DNA of 64,000 nucleotides, from contig JAFRGM010000004.1 in assembly GCA_017433855.1 (NCBI GenBank), positions 18,025 to 82,024 on the forward strand, read 5' to 3'. The position numbers were made by a program, and so were the translations under genes. The stretch comes from Candidatus Saccharimonadota bacterium. Lineage in GTDB: Bacteria; Patescibacteriota; Saccharimonadia; Saccharimonadales; Saccharimonadaceae. Under the pieces are notes generated by a model. The model was not told the DNA's origin and did not search any database. It saw nothing but the letters and a program-made list of their open reading frames with translations. Shown piece by piece: positions 28,126 to 37,995 of this stretch (its first letter is position 1; each line of letters starts with the position of its first letter).

Positions 28126-29673
28126 ATGAAAAAGTATTGGAACAACTTAAAACGGGATTGGCATTTATTGAATCCATATCAGAGGGTGAGAGTCATCTTC
28201 TACCTTGCGGTATACGTGTGCTGTTTGCTGATAATCGCTATCATGTCGACCGAAAATATCGCCGAGCCGGCCGTGAAAACGGTCGTTGAAGAGGATGTAC
28301 AAACCGAGACTCGCTTCCCGGCCAGGGATTTCACCGACGTAAAACTAAAAACTAAATACGAACTCGGCACTTGGGACGGCTCGTTCGTCCGCTCGGAGGA
28401 AGGGACAGATGTTGCCTCGGTTGACCAGTATGGTTACCTCTGGCTCAACTGTCGGCGCTACGCCAAAGTGGCAGATACACTGCCGGATAAATTTGACCAT
28501 TTCGACACAGTTTATCTTAAAGACGCAGCGCTGAATCGTCCAATTTTGGATGGCAATGTAGAGCGTTATAACTTTACTACCAAAACATCGGAGGTTCTAC
28601 TCAAGAATGTTGTGGTAACTGGCTTTAGTAAAGTCGCCAAGGATGCCGCCAGATTCCTTATCCACGAGTACGATGAGGATGGCAACCTGGCACTTTGTCG
28701 TCTGATGGAGGTTCATTCCACCGGTCCGGCAGTAGAAATCTGCTCTGCGCCACATTCGCTCGCTGTTCGTGCCATAGACGACTACCCAGAAGAGGGCGAC
28801 ATGTCGGAGTTTTGGTTACTTCGTCATGCCTACACTCGGGGTGTTTGGAATGGTCAACCAGAATCTCTGGCCAGAATCGCTGAGCTCCTGGACGTTGACC
28901 TGAGCCGAGCTCCCACTGCCGACATCGCAAACCTTCGCAACCCAAAACTCAGTGCGCTCGACTACTCCAATCTTAATCCGGAATCCATCGCCTATGTTAA
29001 CTACAATCGCATTGTCGTTGATAACGTAGAGAAATACTATCTCCATGCTACGCGGCCATTTCTGGTTGACGGCATCAAGTATCGCAAAATCAGTGATGTT
29101 AACGGCGGCGGTTTCATCGAGATTGACGACGGCACGCGCGAGAATTACTGGGACAGAAATGGTATGCCACTCTATGGGTCGCCAGTTTGTCGCTTTTCGT
29201 ATGCTCCATCGCCGAATGAATATGGGACATCCACCCGGAATCTCTCCACCGTTGCCATTAAGCTGCCGTTTTTCGACGGCCTATCTAAGGCTCGTGGCGA
29301 AGAGGTCCCGGCGGAGTTCATTGATCGTCTCGAAGTCATTGATGCAGACAATTACGACAATGACCTTCGTGCTATCTTGCTTGGGCACTACACCTCGTTC
29401 AACCCGGATAATCCCGAAGCGACTTTTACCGCCTACCTTTCGCGCAATAACTCTCTCTTTACCGCGATCACGAGCGAGGTAACTGCTGGCTTCATTACGG
29501 GGCAATTTAATAACGACTATGTCGCTGGCAATAATCCTTACATTGCCCCCAATGAATACTCATCCCTTTACCTCTACGGCCATGCTAAAGCCGCGGTAAT
29601 TGAAAACATCTTCACTTACGACAATTCTTTACAAGTTTTCGATTATTCGGACCCCTCAGCGGACGCCGAATAA
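28126..29673 (+). CDS. Hypothetical membrane-anchored protein (stand-alone gene)
   Basis: 515-aa ORF, N-terminal TM, promoter 28021-28049, GGGGG RBS, terminator. Confidence 0.75.
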   Translation: MKKYWNNLKRDWHLLNPYQRVRVIFYLAVYVCCLLIIAIMSTENIAEPAVKTVVEEDVQTETRFPARDFTDVKLKTKYELGTWDGSFVRSEEGTDVASVDQYGYLWLNCRRYAKVADTLPDKFDHFDTVYLKDAALNRPILDGNVERYNFTTKTSEVLLKNVVVTGFSKVAKDAARFLIHEYDEDGNLALCRLMEVHSTGPAVEICSAPHSLAVRAIDDYPEEGDMSEFWLLRHAYTRGVWNGQPESLARIAELLDVDLSRAPTADIANLRNPKLSALDYSNLNPESIAYVNYNRIVVDNVEKYYLHATRPFLVDGIKYRKISDVNGGGFIEIDDGTRENYWDRNGMPLYGSPVCRFSYAPSPNEYGTSTRNLSTVAIKLPFFDGLSKARGEEVPAEFIDRLEVIDADNYDNDLRAILLGHYTSFNPDNPEATFTAYLSRNNSLFTAITSEVTAGFITGQFNNDYVAGNNPYIAPNEYSSLYLYGHAKAAVIENIFTYDNSLQVFDYSDPSADAE

Positions 29674-29675
29674 GC

Positions 29676-29712
29676 CGCACCTTAAAAAATCCGGCCTTCT
29701 GGCCGGATTTTT
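29676..29712 (+). terminator. CGCACCTTAA motif plus bidirectional terminator
   Basis: AAAAATCCGGCC-TTCT-GGCCGGATTTTT. Confidence 0.85.
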
Positions 29713-29721
29713 CATATACCA

Positions 29722-30168
29722 CTATTTAATCTCGATAATCTCTACTTTTTTGCCATTAAACTCTACGCTGTCGCCAGCTTTATGGCCTGAAATCGCTTTA
29801 CCAATGGGTGACTCGTTAGAGATTTTACCCTCGAGCGGGTTAGCTTCGGTTGGTCCTACCAAGATATATTCTACCTCTTTGCCGCCAAGGTTCAAAAGGA
29901 CGGTTGCACCTAGTGTAACTGAATCCTTCTTGCCGCCACGAATGATCTTAGCGTTTTTGAGAAGCTCCTGAATCTCCAAAATGCGACTCTCAGTGAGTTT
30001 CTGTTCATTGCGCGCTGAGCTATATTCTTCATTTTCCGACAAATCGCCAAATGCCCTTGCAGTAGCAATTTTTTCGGCAATCTCTGGCCGGCTCGCAATT
30101 AGCTCCTCCAGCTCTCTCTCAAGTTCTTTTTTACCTTCAGCAGTTAGGTTTACACTTTTTTTAATCAT
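29722..30168 (-). CDS. greA: Transcription elongation factor GreA
   Basis: ARAFGDLSENEEY, ISNESPIGKA. Confidence 0.97.
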   Translation of the reverse strand: MIKKSVNLTAEGKKELERELEELIASRPEIAEKIATARAFGDLSENEEYSSARNEQKLTESRILEIQELLKNAKIIRGGKKDSVTLGATVLLNLGGKEVEYILVGPTEANPLEGKISNESPIGKAISGHKAGDSVEFNGKKVEIIEIK

Positions 30169-30216
30169 CGCCAATACTCCTAAATATACCTCTAAAGTTT
30201 ACACAATTATGTGGGT

Positions 30217-31440
30217 TTAGTCAATAGTAAGCTCAGTCAATTTCACTAGCTTACTTTCGCCAGTTCTACGATTGGTCACCTCAGCGCAGTTCTCCGCCAA
30301 GGTTTTATCAGAAATTACTACCCTGTATGGTATGCCCATTAGCTCGGCGTCGGCGAATTTTTCGCCTGGACGCGCATTCCTGTCGTCGTATAAAATCTTA
30401 TCGGCATGGGCAGCATAAATCTCTTCAGCCCGGGCAACACCGCTCTCACCAATCCCCACCAAGTAATACTTAAACGGTGCAATTTGTTCTGGCCAGACTA
30501 AACCTTTCTCGTCGGCGTATTTCTCGGCGATTACGCCCATCACTCGCGAAACCCCAATTCCATAGCAACCCATATACACGGTTTTTAGCTGGTTGTCCTC
30601 GCTAGAAAACTGTAATCCCAAAGGTTCCGAGTACTTCACTTTCAGCTTAAAGATATTTCCCACTTCTGCGGCGGTAGTAGTCTCTAGCTCCTCGCGCCTT
30701 ACGTTGAGGTCCGCCAGCACTTCATCATTGTAAACTTCCTCATTTAGTACTACGCTTCGGTCGCTATTGTAATATACTGTATCCTCGCCCACCGGCAAAA
30801 AAGTCTGGTATTCATGCGAATACTTAGCGAATATCCCCCCGCTCGCAAAGGTTTCGTAGGTTTCGCTGAGCCCCAGTCGCTCATAAATGCGCGCATAAGC
30901 CTTCTCTACTTCGGCATAGTAGCGGTCTAGGTCCTCCTCAGTTGCATGAAAGCTATACATATCCTTCATTATAAACTCGCGCCCCCTTAAAATGCCGCTC
31001 TTGGCGCGTTTTTCATTGCGGAACTTAGTTTGAATCTGAAAAACCGACCGCGGTAAATCTTTGTAGCTAGAAATATAAGTTCGCATCAAATTGGTGATAG
31101 GCTCCTCATGGGTTGGCGCCAGGCCTAGCACACCGCCACCGGTAACCTCAGTCTTAAACCAAATATCCACCTGCTGATCAGAAAAGCGCCCAGTCTTCTC
31201 CCAAATCTCTGGATTTTGCAAAGATGTCAGTTGTACCTCTTCGCTGTCAATTTTGGTTAGTTCTTCCCTAATGATTCGCTTAATGTTCTCTAATACTCTA
31301 AGCCCTAGCGGTAAATAGTCGTAAACCCCCGCCAACTCCTTATGAATGTAACCCGCCCGAGTGAGCAGGGCGCCATTTCTTGCCACCTCATCCTTGGGTG
31401 CCTCGCGCAGGGTTTTAATAAAAGTCTTACTTAATCTCAT
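30217..31440 (-). CDS. proS: Proline--tRNA ligase (short form, no INS editing domain)
   Basis: LAPTHEE, FRNE, RGREFIMKD, GCYGIGVSR. Confidence 0.95.
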   Translation of the reverse strand: MRLSKTFIKTLREAPKDEVARNGALLTRAGYIHKELAGVYDYLPLGLRVLENIKRIIREELTKIDSEEVQLTSLQNPEIWEKTGRFSDQQVDIWFKTEVTGGGVLGLAPTHEEPITNLMRTYISSYKDLPRSVFQIQTKFRNEKRAKSGILRGREFIMKDMYSFHATEEDLDRYYAEVEKAYARIYERLGLSETYETFASGGIFAKYSHEYQTFLPVGEDTVYYNSDRSVVLNEEVYNDEVLADLNVRREELETTTAAEVGNIFKLKVKYSEPLGLQFSSEDNQLKTVYMGCYGIGVSRVMGVIAEKYADEKGLVWPEQIAPFKYYLVGIGESGVARAEEIYAAHADKILYDDRNARPGEKFADAELMGIPYRVVISDKTLAENCAEVTNRRTGESKLVKLTELTID

Positions 31441-31537
31441 AATGCCTCAATTATATCATACCTTGATTTTTTTTGCATTTTGTGCTATAACGAGAAGATA
31501 ACCTAGGTCTTTAAGAAGTTTTGCCACTAAGGAGGTT

Positions 31538-32755
31538 ATGAATATGGCAAAAACATTGGTTTACGAGATGTATCCCATCGCTTGGGAAAGTTTACCCAAG
31601 ATGACTGAGCATCTCATGGCCGTTCGGCAGTTGGGGGCGGATTATGTATGGCTCGCGCCGCTCTATCCATCCCCGCGATGCGATCATGGCTACGACGTGA
31701 GCGATTATTGCGCCATTGATCAGCGGTTCGGTACCATGCAGGACTTCGAACAATTCATTAGAACTGCTCATGCCTTAGGCATCAAAGTCCTGATGGACTT
31801 AGTGCTCAACCACACTTCGGTCGAGCACGAGTGGTTCAAGAAGTTCCCAGAGGTTTACTGCTGGCGTGATCAGGATTTGCCCGGTTGGCGCAATCTCTTT
31901 GATCACGGCTCCGCCTGGGCACCGGGCAGTCATGGCTACTACCTGCATCTCTTTCATAAGGGGCAGGCCGACCTCAAGTGGTTTTTCTCCAATGGCGAGA
32001 TTAACGCTTGGTTGGTTCATGAGTTCCAGGGCATTGTTCAGTTCTGGCTCAGCCGAGGCGTGGATGGCTTTCGGCTGGACGTGCCGCAGGCCATCAACAA
32101 GGACATCTATAGCGAGCAGCTGAAATTTGAGGAACTCTTGTTTGGGCAGGACAGCGTCAAGGTAATCAACGCCATTTTCAATGACCGCACTGCGCGGCTT
32201 CTCACGAAGTCGCACCAGCCGCCGTTTTTGATTATGGAGTGCCTCGACCCGTCTTTTGGCGAGATTGTTAATTTCTACGCCAATACCACTCCGGTCAACT
32301 TTTGCCTCAATATCTCCATCAAGGACGCCATCAAGGGCGGCCTTTCCGAGTTGTACCTCAGGGTGGACGAGGCCACTATTGACCCCAACTTGATGTTGGA
32401 CCTCGAAAGCCATGATTCGCCGCGCTTCACTTCGCGGTCCGGCCTTTCGCATGCCGACATTCTCGACTTGATGTTTGGGTCGGACGCGAAGGGCATTTGC
32501 CTCTACCAGGGGCAAGAGCTGGGGCTTTTAAACCCTAGTCGCGATCAACTTCCGGACGCCACGATGGTTTTTCTGGATGCCGAAACTAAGATGAAGTTTG
32601 AGAACGGTGTGAAGCTGGATACGCTAAGGCCGGATTCGCGCGCCAATGCCCGCGTGCCCTATCCCACGGCCACGCGCGACGCCCAAATGGCGCAGACCGA
32701 CTCAGCCTTTTGGCAGACAGCCGCCGCCATTCGTGCCTGGAAGGGCATCTCGTAA
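31538..32755 (+). CDS. GH13 alpha-amylase family glycosidase (stand-alone gene)
   Basis: DHGYDVSDY, DLVLNH, GVDGFRLD, SHD; AGGAGG RBS. Confidence 0.88.
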   Translation: MNMAKTLVYEMYPIAWESLPKMTEHLMAVRQLGADYVWLAPLYPSPRCDHGYDVSDYCAIDQRFGTMQDFEQFIRTAHALGIKVLMDLVLNHTSVEHEWFKKFPEVYCWRDQDLPGWRNLFDHGSAWAPGSHGYYLHLFHKGQADLKWFFSNGEINAWLVHEFQGIVQFWLSRGVDGFRLDVPQAINKDIYSEQLKFEELLFGQDSVKVINAIFNDRTARLLTKSHQPPFLIMECLDPSFGEIVNFYANTTPVNFCLNISIKDAIKGGLSELYLRVDEATIDPNLMLDLESHDSPRFTSRSGLSHADILDLMFGSDAKGICLYQGQELGLLNPSRDQLPDATMVFLDAETKMKFENGVKLDTLRPDSRANARVPYPTATRDAQMAQTDSAFWQTAAAIRAWKGIS

Positions 32756-32758
32756 ACT

Positions 32759-32794
32759 CGCACCTTAAAACCCGCGTGACCAGCGCGGGTTTTT
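32759..32794 (+). terminator. CGCACCTTAA motif plus terminator
   Basis: AAAACCCGCG-loop-CGCGGGTTTTT. Confidence 0.85.
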
Positions 32795-32807
32795 CATGTC
32801 TCAGTTT

Positions 32808-33554
32808 TTATAGAGGAATTACATAGAGTAGGAAAAATGCTATACCATTTTTTAGCATATGTGTCAATATACCAGCGTAAATCGTACCAGTAATCTCGCG
32901 CATTCCGCAAAGCACCACTGATAGTGCAAAGACATTGACGCTCACGTTCCACTGCCAATGCATTATCGCAAAAAGTAGCGAAGTAATCAGAATTGATGTC
33001 ACTAGATTTGTGCACGCTCTCAGCTTGCCGTAGAGCCAGCCACGAAAAATCACTTCCTCGGCAATTGGCGCAAGTATCACTAACACCAAAAAAGCAATGA
33101 TCCGCTCGCCTCCGTTCATGTATGGCGAGAACCCAGTATCTTGCGCCTGCCCAATCTCAAACCAGCTAAATTGGTTAAAAAACGTCATCAGCAGCCCGGC
33201 GCCAATCGTGCTCACTATCCACCCTACTGGCGCTAGACCAATATCTGTCCAGGTCGGGTAATCTTTTAACCCAACCTCTTCTCTATCTGAGGCGAGCTTC
33301 TTATAGATTTTTGGCAGCACCACAAAAGTCAAAATAATAGATAGCCCATACGAAATCACCGAGTAGATTCCGCTCACCACAGGCTTTTCTAAAAGTTCAG
33401 ATGGCAGAAGTGCCTGCAGCGCTAGTGCAGTTACGAACTGAGAGGCCACTACCGATACGAACACCCACACCACGATAAACGCTACATACCCTAGATTTCT
33501 CAACCACCCCTGTTTTTTCGGCAATTTCTTCGGCGCCGGCATTGTCTTTTTCAT
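32808..33554 (-). CDS. CPBP/Abi family intramembrane metalloprotease
   Basis: EEVIFRG, FAIMH, HMLKN. Confidence 0.9.
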   Translation of the reverse strand: MKKTMPAPKKLPKKQGWLRNLGYVAFIVVWVFVSVVASQFVTALALQALLPSELLEKPVVSGIYSVISYGLSIILTFVVLPKIYKKLASDREEVGLKDYPTWTDIGLAPVGWIVSTIGAGLLMTFFNQFSWFEIGQAQDTGFSPYMNGGERIIAFLVLVILAPIAEEVIFRGWLYGKLRACTNLVTSILITSLLFAIMHWQWNVSVNVFALSVVLCGMREITGTIYAGILTHMLKNGIAFFLLYVIPL

Positions 33555-34814
33555 CTAGAAAAACCTCGTAATATCAAGAACCGTCACGATGGCCATCAGC
33601 GCCAACAATACATACATAGATTTTGCTACGATTTTTTGTTCGGTTTCTCGAGAAAGCGGTTTGCGACGCAATTTATAAATAGCAATCAATAGCCACCGAC
33701 CACCATCAAGTGCCGGGATGGGCAAGACGTTCATGCAGGCTAGTGAAATAGAGATCAGAGCCGCAAGAAAAGCGAGGTTAGTGGGCCCAGCTGCCGTAAA
33801 TGACGGAAATAGCACCCCAATAATACCTACCGGCCCAGACACAGAGTCGCCTACTGCTGAAATCGCTTCTTGTCCACTTTCACGCACCTCTGCATCAAAG
33901 CTAAACATCCGTCCTACACCGCTCGCTAGGTTCCAAATTAAATCACCCACACCCTTAAAGGTTTCACCGGTTATCTGTAAAGTGATACCTGCCCCAACCA
34001 CTGGCGCACTCCAAGTATAGCGCGTCAAAGTTTGCGAGGATTGCATTGCGACACCTAGCAGATATTCGGCATCTGCACCGTTTAGCTTAGCGGTCAGGGT
34101 GAGATTGGTATCACAATTGCATCCCTCCTCACCTTTTCTAAAAATGGTATAAGTGGCTTCTTCGCCGATGTGCTCACGGTTATAGGCGTTAATTTCGCTA
34201 CCAGATGTTACGGTGGTATCGCCCACCCGAACAATTTGGTCGCCAGCCTTGAATCCTGCCGCCGCTGCCGGCGACCCCTCGACCACCTCGGTAACCTCCA
34301 CTGGAGCTACATCAACCGTAGCATCATTCTGGATAGAAAACTGATTGTCTAGAAAAGTTGGCATGCCAGTCCAAGCCAAAATCGTTAGAATTACAAAAGC
34401 CGTGAGCCAGTTCATCGTTACACCGGCAAACAAGATTTTGGTTTTACTCCAAAAACTAGCCTTGCCGAAAGTACCGGGTCGCGTATCTGTGGCTGATTCT
34501 CCATCCATCTGACAAAAGCCGCCAATTGGTACCCAGTTGATACTAAAAATCAAACCATCAGCAATCATTTTATCGCCACTGGAAATCACGGTTTTTGTTA
34601 CGTTATTTTCGCCCCACTCGGATTTTTGAAGCCTGCGCCACTTATGCGTGGTAGAATCTTTCACCCAAGCTACCGCTCTCGGTGGAAATCCTATGCCAAA
34701 CTCCAAAACCTTCACGCCGTTACGTCTTGCCGCTATAAAATGCCCCGCCTCATGGAGTACTACCAAAATCATTAGCACTAGCAGTCCCACAATTACACCA
34801 AGTACAATATTCAT
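33555..34814 (-). CDS. rseP: Site-2 protease RseP (M50) with PDZ domain
   Basis: HEAGH, PIGGF, NVLPIPALDGG. Confidence 0.92.
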   Translation of the reverse strand: MNIVLGVIVGLLVLMILVVLHEAGHFIAARRNGVKVLEFGIGFPPRAVAWVKDSTTHKWRRLQKSEWGENNVTKTVISSGDKMIADGLIFSINWVPIGGFCQMDGESATDTRPGTFGKASFWSKTKILFAGVTMNWLTAFVILTILAWTGMPTFLDNQFSIQNDATVDVAPVEVTEVVEGSPAAAAGFKAGDQIVRVGDTTVTSGSEINAYNREHIGEEATYTIFRKGEEGCNCDTNLTLTAKLNGADAEYLLGVAMQSSQTLTRYTWSAPVVGAGITLQITGETFKGVGDLIWNLASGVGRMFSFDAEVRESGQEAISAVGDSVSGPVGIIGVLFPSFTAAGPTNLAFLAALISISLACMNVLPIPALDGGRWLLIAIYKLRRKPLSRETEQKIVAKSMYVLLALMAIVTVLDITRFF

Positions 34815-34858
34815 AAACACATTATAGCATAGTTCGCGCTAATTTTATAGCCTGCTAC

Positions 34859-35530
34859 CTACTTGCCAAACCTTCGGCTTCTGCTCTCGTACTCTCTCAA
34901 GATATCATCAATATCTGCCGCCCCCATTTCTGGGAAAAACTTCTCAATGAACATTAGCTCAGCATAACTAGAGCGCCACAGCATAAAGCCGGAAATTCGC
35001 TCCTCACCAGAAGTCCTTACTACCATGTCAATATCGGGAACCTCGGGGTGATACAAATGTTTGCGGATGGCGGCCGGCGTAATCTCGCCTTCGCTCGCTG
35101 CGATTTTCGCAGCATCAGCAATCTCCTGTTCGCCACCATAATTAAAACAAAAACACACCGTAATACCGGTACATTTAGCGGTCAATTTTTCGGCCTTCTC
35201 AATCACTGTGGCAAGCGTCGGGGAGATTTTAGTTTTAGCACCTAACACTAAAAGCCTTGCGTTGTTTTGGGCTAACTCTTCAGCATATTTTAAGATGCGT
35301 GTTTCGGCAAGTTTCATAATATAGCCCACCTCATCAGCGCTGCGCCCCCAGTTCTCGGTCGAAAACACGTAGAACGTCAAATATTCTATGCCAGCTTTGG
35401 CTGCCGCCCCCACTAGTTCTTTAATTGTCTCTAAACCTTTCTTGTGTCCCTCAATGCTCGGTAAACCTTGTGCCTTTGCCCAGCGCCGATTACCGTCCGC
35501 AATGATACCTAAATGTTTAAGAGTTGTCAT
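34859..35530 (-). CDS. uppS: Undecaprenyl diphosphate synthase
   Basis: IADGNRRWA, FSTENW, RTSGEERISGF. Confidence 0.96.
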   Translation of the reverse strand: MTTLKHLGIIADGNRRWAKAQGLPSIEGHKKGLETIKELVGAAAKAGIEYLTFYVFSTENWGRSADEVGYIMKLAETRILKYAEELAQNNARLLVLGAKTKISPTLATVIEKAEKLTAKCTGITVCFCFNYGGEQEIADAAKIAASEGEITPAAIRKHLYHPEVPDIDMVVRTSGEERISGFMLWRSSYAELMFIEKFFPEMGAADIDDILREYESRSRRFGK

Positions 35531-36072
35531 ATCTTCATAATCTCATCAGACTTAAGTTTGAAAGCCGCGTCAATCTTATCTGTAAACTCTTTCGTAAGAT
35601 CGTCTATTTCTTTTTCGGCACGCTTTTTGACATCCTCTCCCAAATCTTCAGCTGCCTTCAACGCCTTTCTGGCATCTTCGCGTACGTTGCGAAGTGCTAC
35701 CTTAGCCTGCTCTACTTTCTGGGAAGCGGTCTTGACGATTTCTTTGCGGCGCTCCTCGGTAAGTGGCGGAATCGGCACGCGAATTACCCGGCCATCATCA
35801 GCTGGGTTAAGACCTAAGGCTTGGTCAGCCCGAATTGCCGAAGCGATACTCTGAATCGTGCTAGGGTCAAAAGGTGTAATTACTAGCATAGTGCCATCTG
35901 CAGCCGTTACGTTTGCTACCTGATTTAGCGGCATAAACTGCCCATAGGCCTCAACTTTAATTGATGCCAGCATATCAGGATGTGCTCTACCGGTGCGGAC
36001 CTTTTTCATTTCATCATTAAAGCGCGCAAGCACTTCGTCCATCTGCTGACGCTCTTCTTTGGTCTCAAACAT
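35527..36072 (-). CDS. frr: Ribosome recycling factor
   Basis: RTGRA, PPLTEERRKE; AAGGAG before ATG 36072. Confidence 0.96.
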   Translation of the reverse strand: MFETKEERQQMDEVLARFNDEMKKVRTGRAHPDMLASIKVEAYGQFMPLNQVANVTAADGTMLVITPFDPSTIQSIASAIRADQALGLNPADDGRVIRVPIPPLTEERRKEIVKTASQKVEQAKVALRNVREDARKALKAAEDLGEDVKKRAEKEIDDLTKEFTDKIDAAFKLKSDEIMKI

Positions 36073-36105
36073 AATAACTCCTTGTTTATATCTCCAGTAT
36101 AACAT

Positions 36106-36133
36106 AAAAATATCCCCTTCCGGGGATATTTTT
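36106..36133. terminator. Terminator after tsf
   Basis: AAAAATATCCCC-TTCC-GGGGATATTTTT. Confidence 0.8.
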
Positions 36134-36134
36134 A

Positions 36135-36725
36135 TTATTCGGTTACGCCTAGCTCAATACGCTTAAATTGGCGGACGGTGATATTTTCACCAGTCTTTGC
36201 GATAGCTTCTTTGATAAATTGCTCTACTGTCTTAGAATCATCCAAGATGTAAGGCTGGTTCAAGAGTACCTTGTCCGAAAAAGCCTTCTTGACCTGGCCG
36301 GCCAAAATTTGCTCTTTCATGTTCTCTGGGCCTTTGAAGTTCTCTTCGAGTTCGGCAATTTTCGCGGCGCGTGCTTCCTCTGGAATATCATCCTCAGATA
36401 CATAAAGCGGAGCCATGGATGCTACCTGCATTGCAATCTGGTGAGCCAAAGTTTTGAACTCATCCGTCTTAGCTACGAATGAAGTTTCACAGTTAACCTC
36501 TACGATTGCACCAAGTCTACCATCATGGATGTATGACTCTACTAGCCCCTCGCGAGTTTCACGGTCGCCACGCTTTTCGGCCTTGGTCAAACCTTTTTTA
36601 CGCATCGCCTCAAGGGCCTTGTCAAAATCACCATCGGCTTCTACAAGAGCTTTTTTCGCATCGGTTAGACCAGCGCCGGAAAGCTCTTTTAGTTTCTTGA
36701 TCTGTTCTACAGAAATTTCTGCCAT
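36135..36725 (-). CDS. tsf: Elongation factor Ts
   Basis: KKALVEADGD, EVNCETSFVA. Confidence 0.97.
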   Translation of the reverse strand: MAEISVEQIKKLKELSGAGLTDAKKALVEADGDFDKALEAMRKKGLTKAEKRGDRETREGLVESYIHDGRLGAIVEVNCETSFVAKTDEFKTLAHQIAMQVASMAPLYVSEDDIPEEARAAKIAELEENFKGPENMKEQILAGQVKKAFSDKVLLNQPYILDDSKTVEQFIKEAIAKTGENITVRQFKRIELGVTE

Positions 36726-36740
36726 TTTTGCCTCCTAAAA

Positions 36741-37427
36741 TTATTTCTTGCCTTCTTTGATTGCCGCTACAAAGTAATCAAGCATGAGCTGTGTAGCTTT
36801 GATTGCGTCGTCATTGCATGGAATAACGTAGTCGATATTGGTTGGATCTACGTTGGTATCGGTCAGTGCGAATACTGGGATTTTGAGGGTATTAGCCTCG
36901 CGAATTGCGTTCATATCCTCATCAGCATCTACTACAATTAAAGCAGCTGGCTGTTCGGTCATGTCTTTAATACCACCGTAGCGCTCATTAAGGAGGTCAA
37001 TTTCCTCTTGGAATCTCTGCACCTCTAGCTTAGAATAGCGATTTTCAAGCTCGCCCGAAGCCATTTTGCGTTCCAAATCTTTCAACTTTTTGATTTGGCG
37101 GTTAACGGTGTCTACATTGGTCAACGTACCACCAACCCAGCGCACGGTTACGTAAGGCATCTCTGCAGACTCTGCTGCCGCCTTCACAATATCCTTCATC
37201 TGCTTCTTAGTGCCAACAAAAAGCACTTTTTTGCCGCCCTTAACGATTTCAGTAACTTTTGGCAAAACCACGTCAAGCGCCTCAGTGGTTTTTTCTAGGT
37301 TAATGATGTGCGCATCACCGCGCTTACTGTGAATATAAGGCGCCATTTTTGGGTGCCAACGGCTTGTTTTGTGTCCAAAATGGGCACCAGCTTCAAGCAT
37401 AGCTTTCATATCGACATTCACTGCCAT
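36741..37427 (-). CDS. rpsB: 30S ribosomal protein S2
   Basis: AGAHFGH, RWVGGTLTN, IPCNDDA. Confidence 0.98.
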   Translation of the reverse strand: MAVNVDMKAMLEAGAHFGHKTSRWHPKMAPYIHSKRGDAHIINLEKTTEALDVVLPKVTEIVKGGKKVLFVGTKKQMKDIVKAAAESAEMPYVTVRWVGGTLTNVDTVNRQIKKLKDLERKMASGELENRYSKLEVQRFQEEIDLLNERYGGIKDMTEQPAALIVVDADEDMNAIREANTLKIPVFALTDTNVDPTNIDYVIPCNDDAIKATQLMLDYFVAAIKEGKK

Positions 37428-37561
37428 ATGATTTCCTTTCTCTTTCTCTAGGGACCCTCGCTTCAGGAAATCCTTCCCAGAGTGTTTCGTTAAATAGTTT
37501 ATACTTCCATTATATCACACCTTTACAAAAAAGTCAATCTCTGATATAATGAGGTACAGTT

Positions 37562-37894
37562 ATGAGTAAAAAAGAATTACACCCTAAAGATTACCGCGAC
37601 GTCGTGTTTATGGATGAGGCTGCGAATTTTTCATTCCTTACCAAATCTACCGCGGCTAGCGAAGAAACCATCAAGTGGGAAGATGGCAAAGAATACCCAC
37701 TAGTAAAAGTACAGATTTCTTCAGCATCGCATCCTTTCTTCACTGGCGAAGAGAAGATTATCGATACCGAAGGTCGCGTGGATCGCTTTAAGGCTCGCGC
37801 TAAGAAGGCAGAGGCTATGAAGTCTGCTCTTGAAAATAAAGCCAAAAAGGCTGCGAAAGAGGCCGAGAAAAAGGCCAAGGCCGACGAGCAATAA
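37562..37894 (+). CDS. rpmE2: 50S ribosomal protein L31 type B (Cys-free)
   Basis: LHP..YR.VVF.D; [10 protein letters not shown]; GRVDRF. Confidence 0.93.
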   Translation: MSKKELHPKDYRDVVFMDEAANFSFLTKSTAASEETIKWEDGKEYPLVKVQISSASHPFFTGEEKIIDTEGRVDRFKARAKKAEAMKSALENKAKKAAKEAEKKAKADEQ

Positions 37895-37927
37895 AAATAG
37901 CCCCCTAACGGTAGGGGCTATTTTTTT
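37893..37927. terminator. Bidirectional terminator
   Basis: AAAATAGCCCC-loop-GGGGCTATTTTTTT. Confidence 0.8.
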
Positions 37928-37995
37928 ATTCTGGCGTCCTCGCAGTTTTTTGACGCCAGAAATCAAACAGTTAAACCCGTCGCCCCCTAGAGTTT

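Noticed and set aside
31799-32515. 238-aa antisense ORF (also 58548-59228, 54105-54845, 13096-13554)
   Set aside because: Shadows of well-supported genes on the opposite strand
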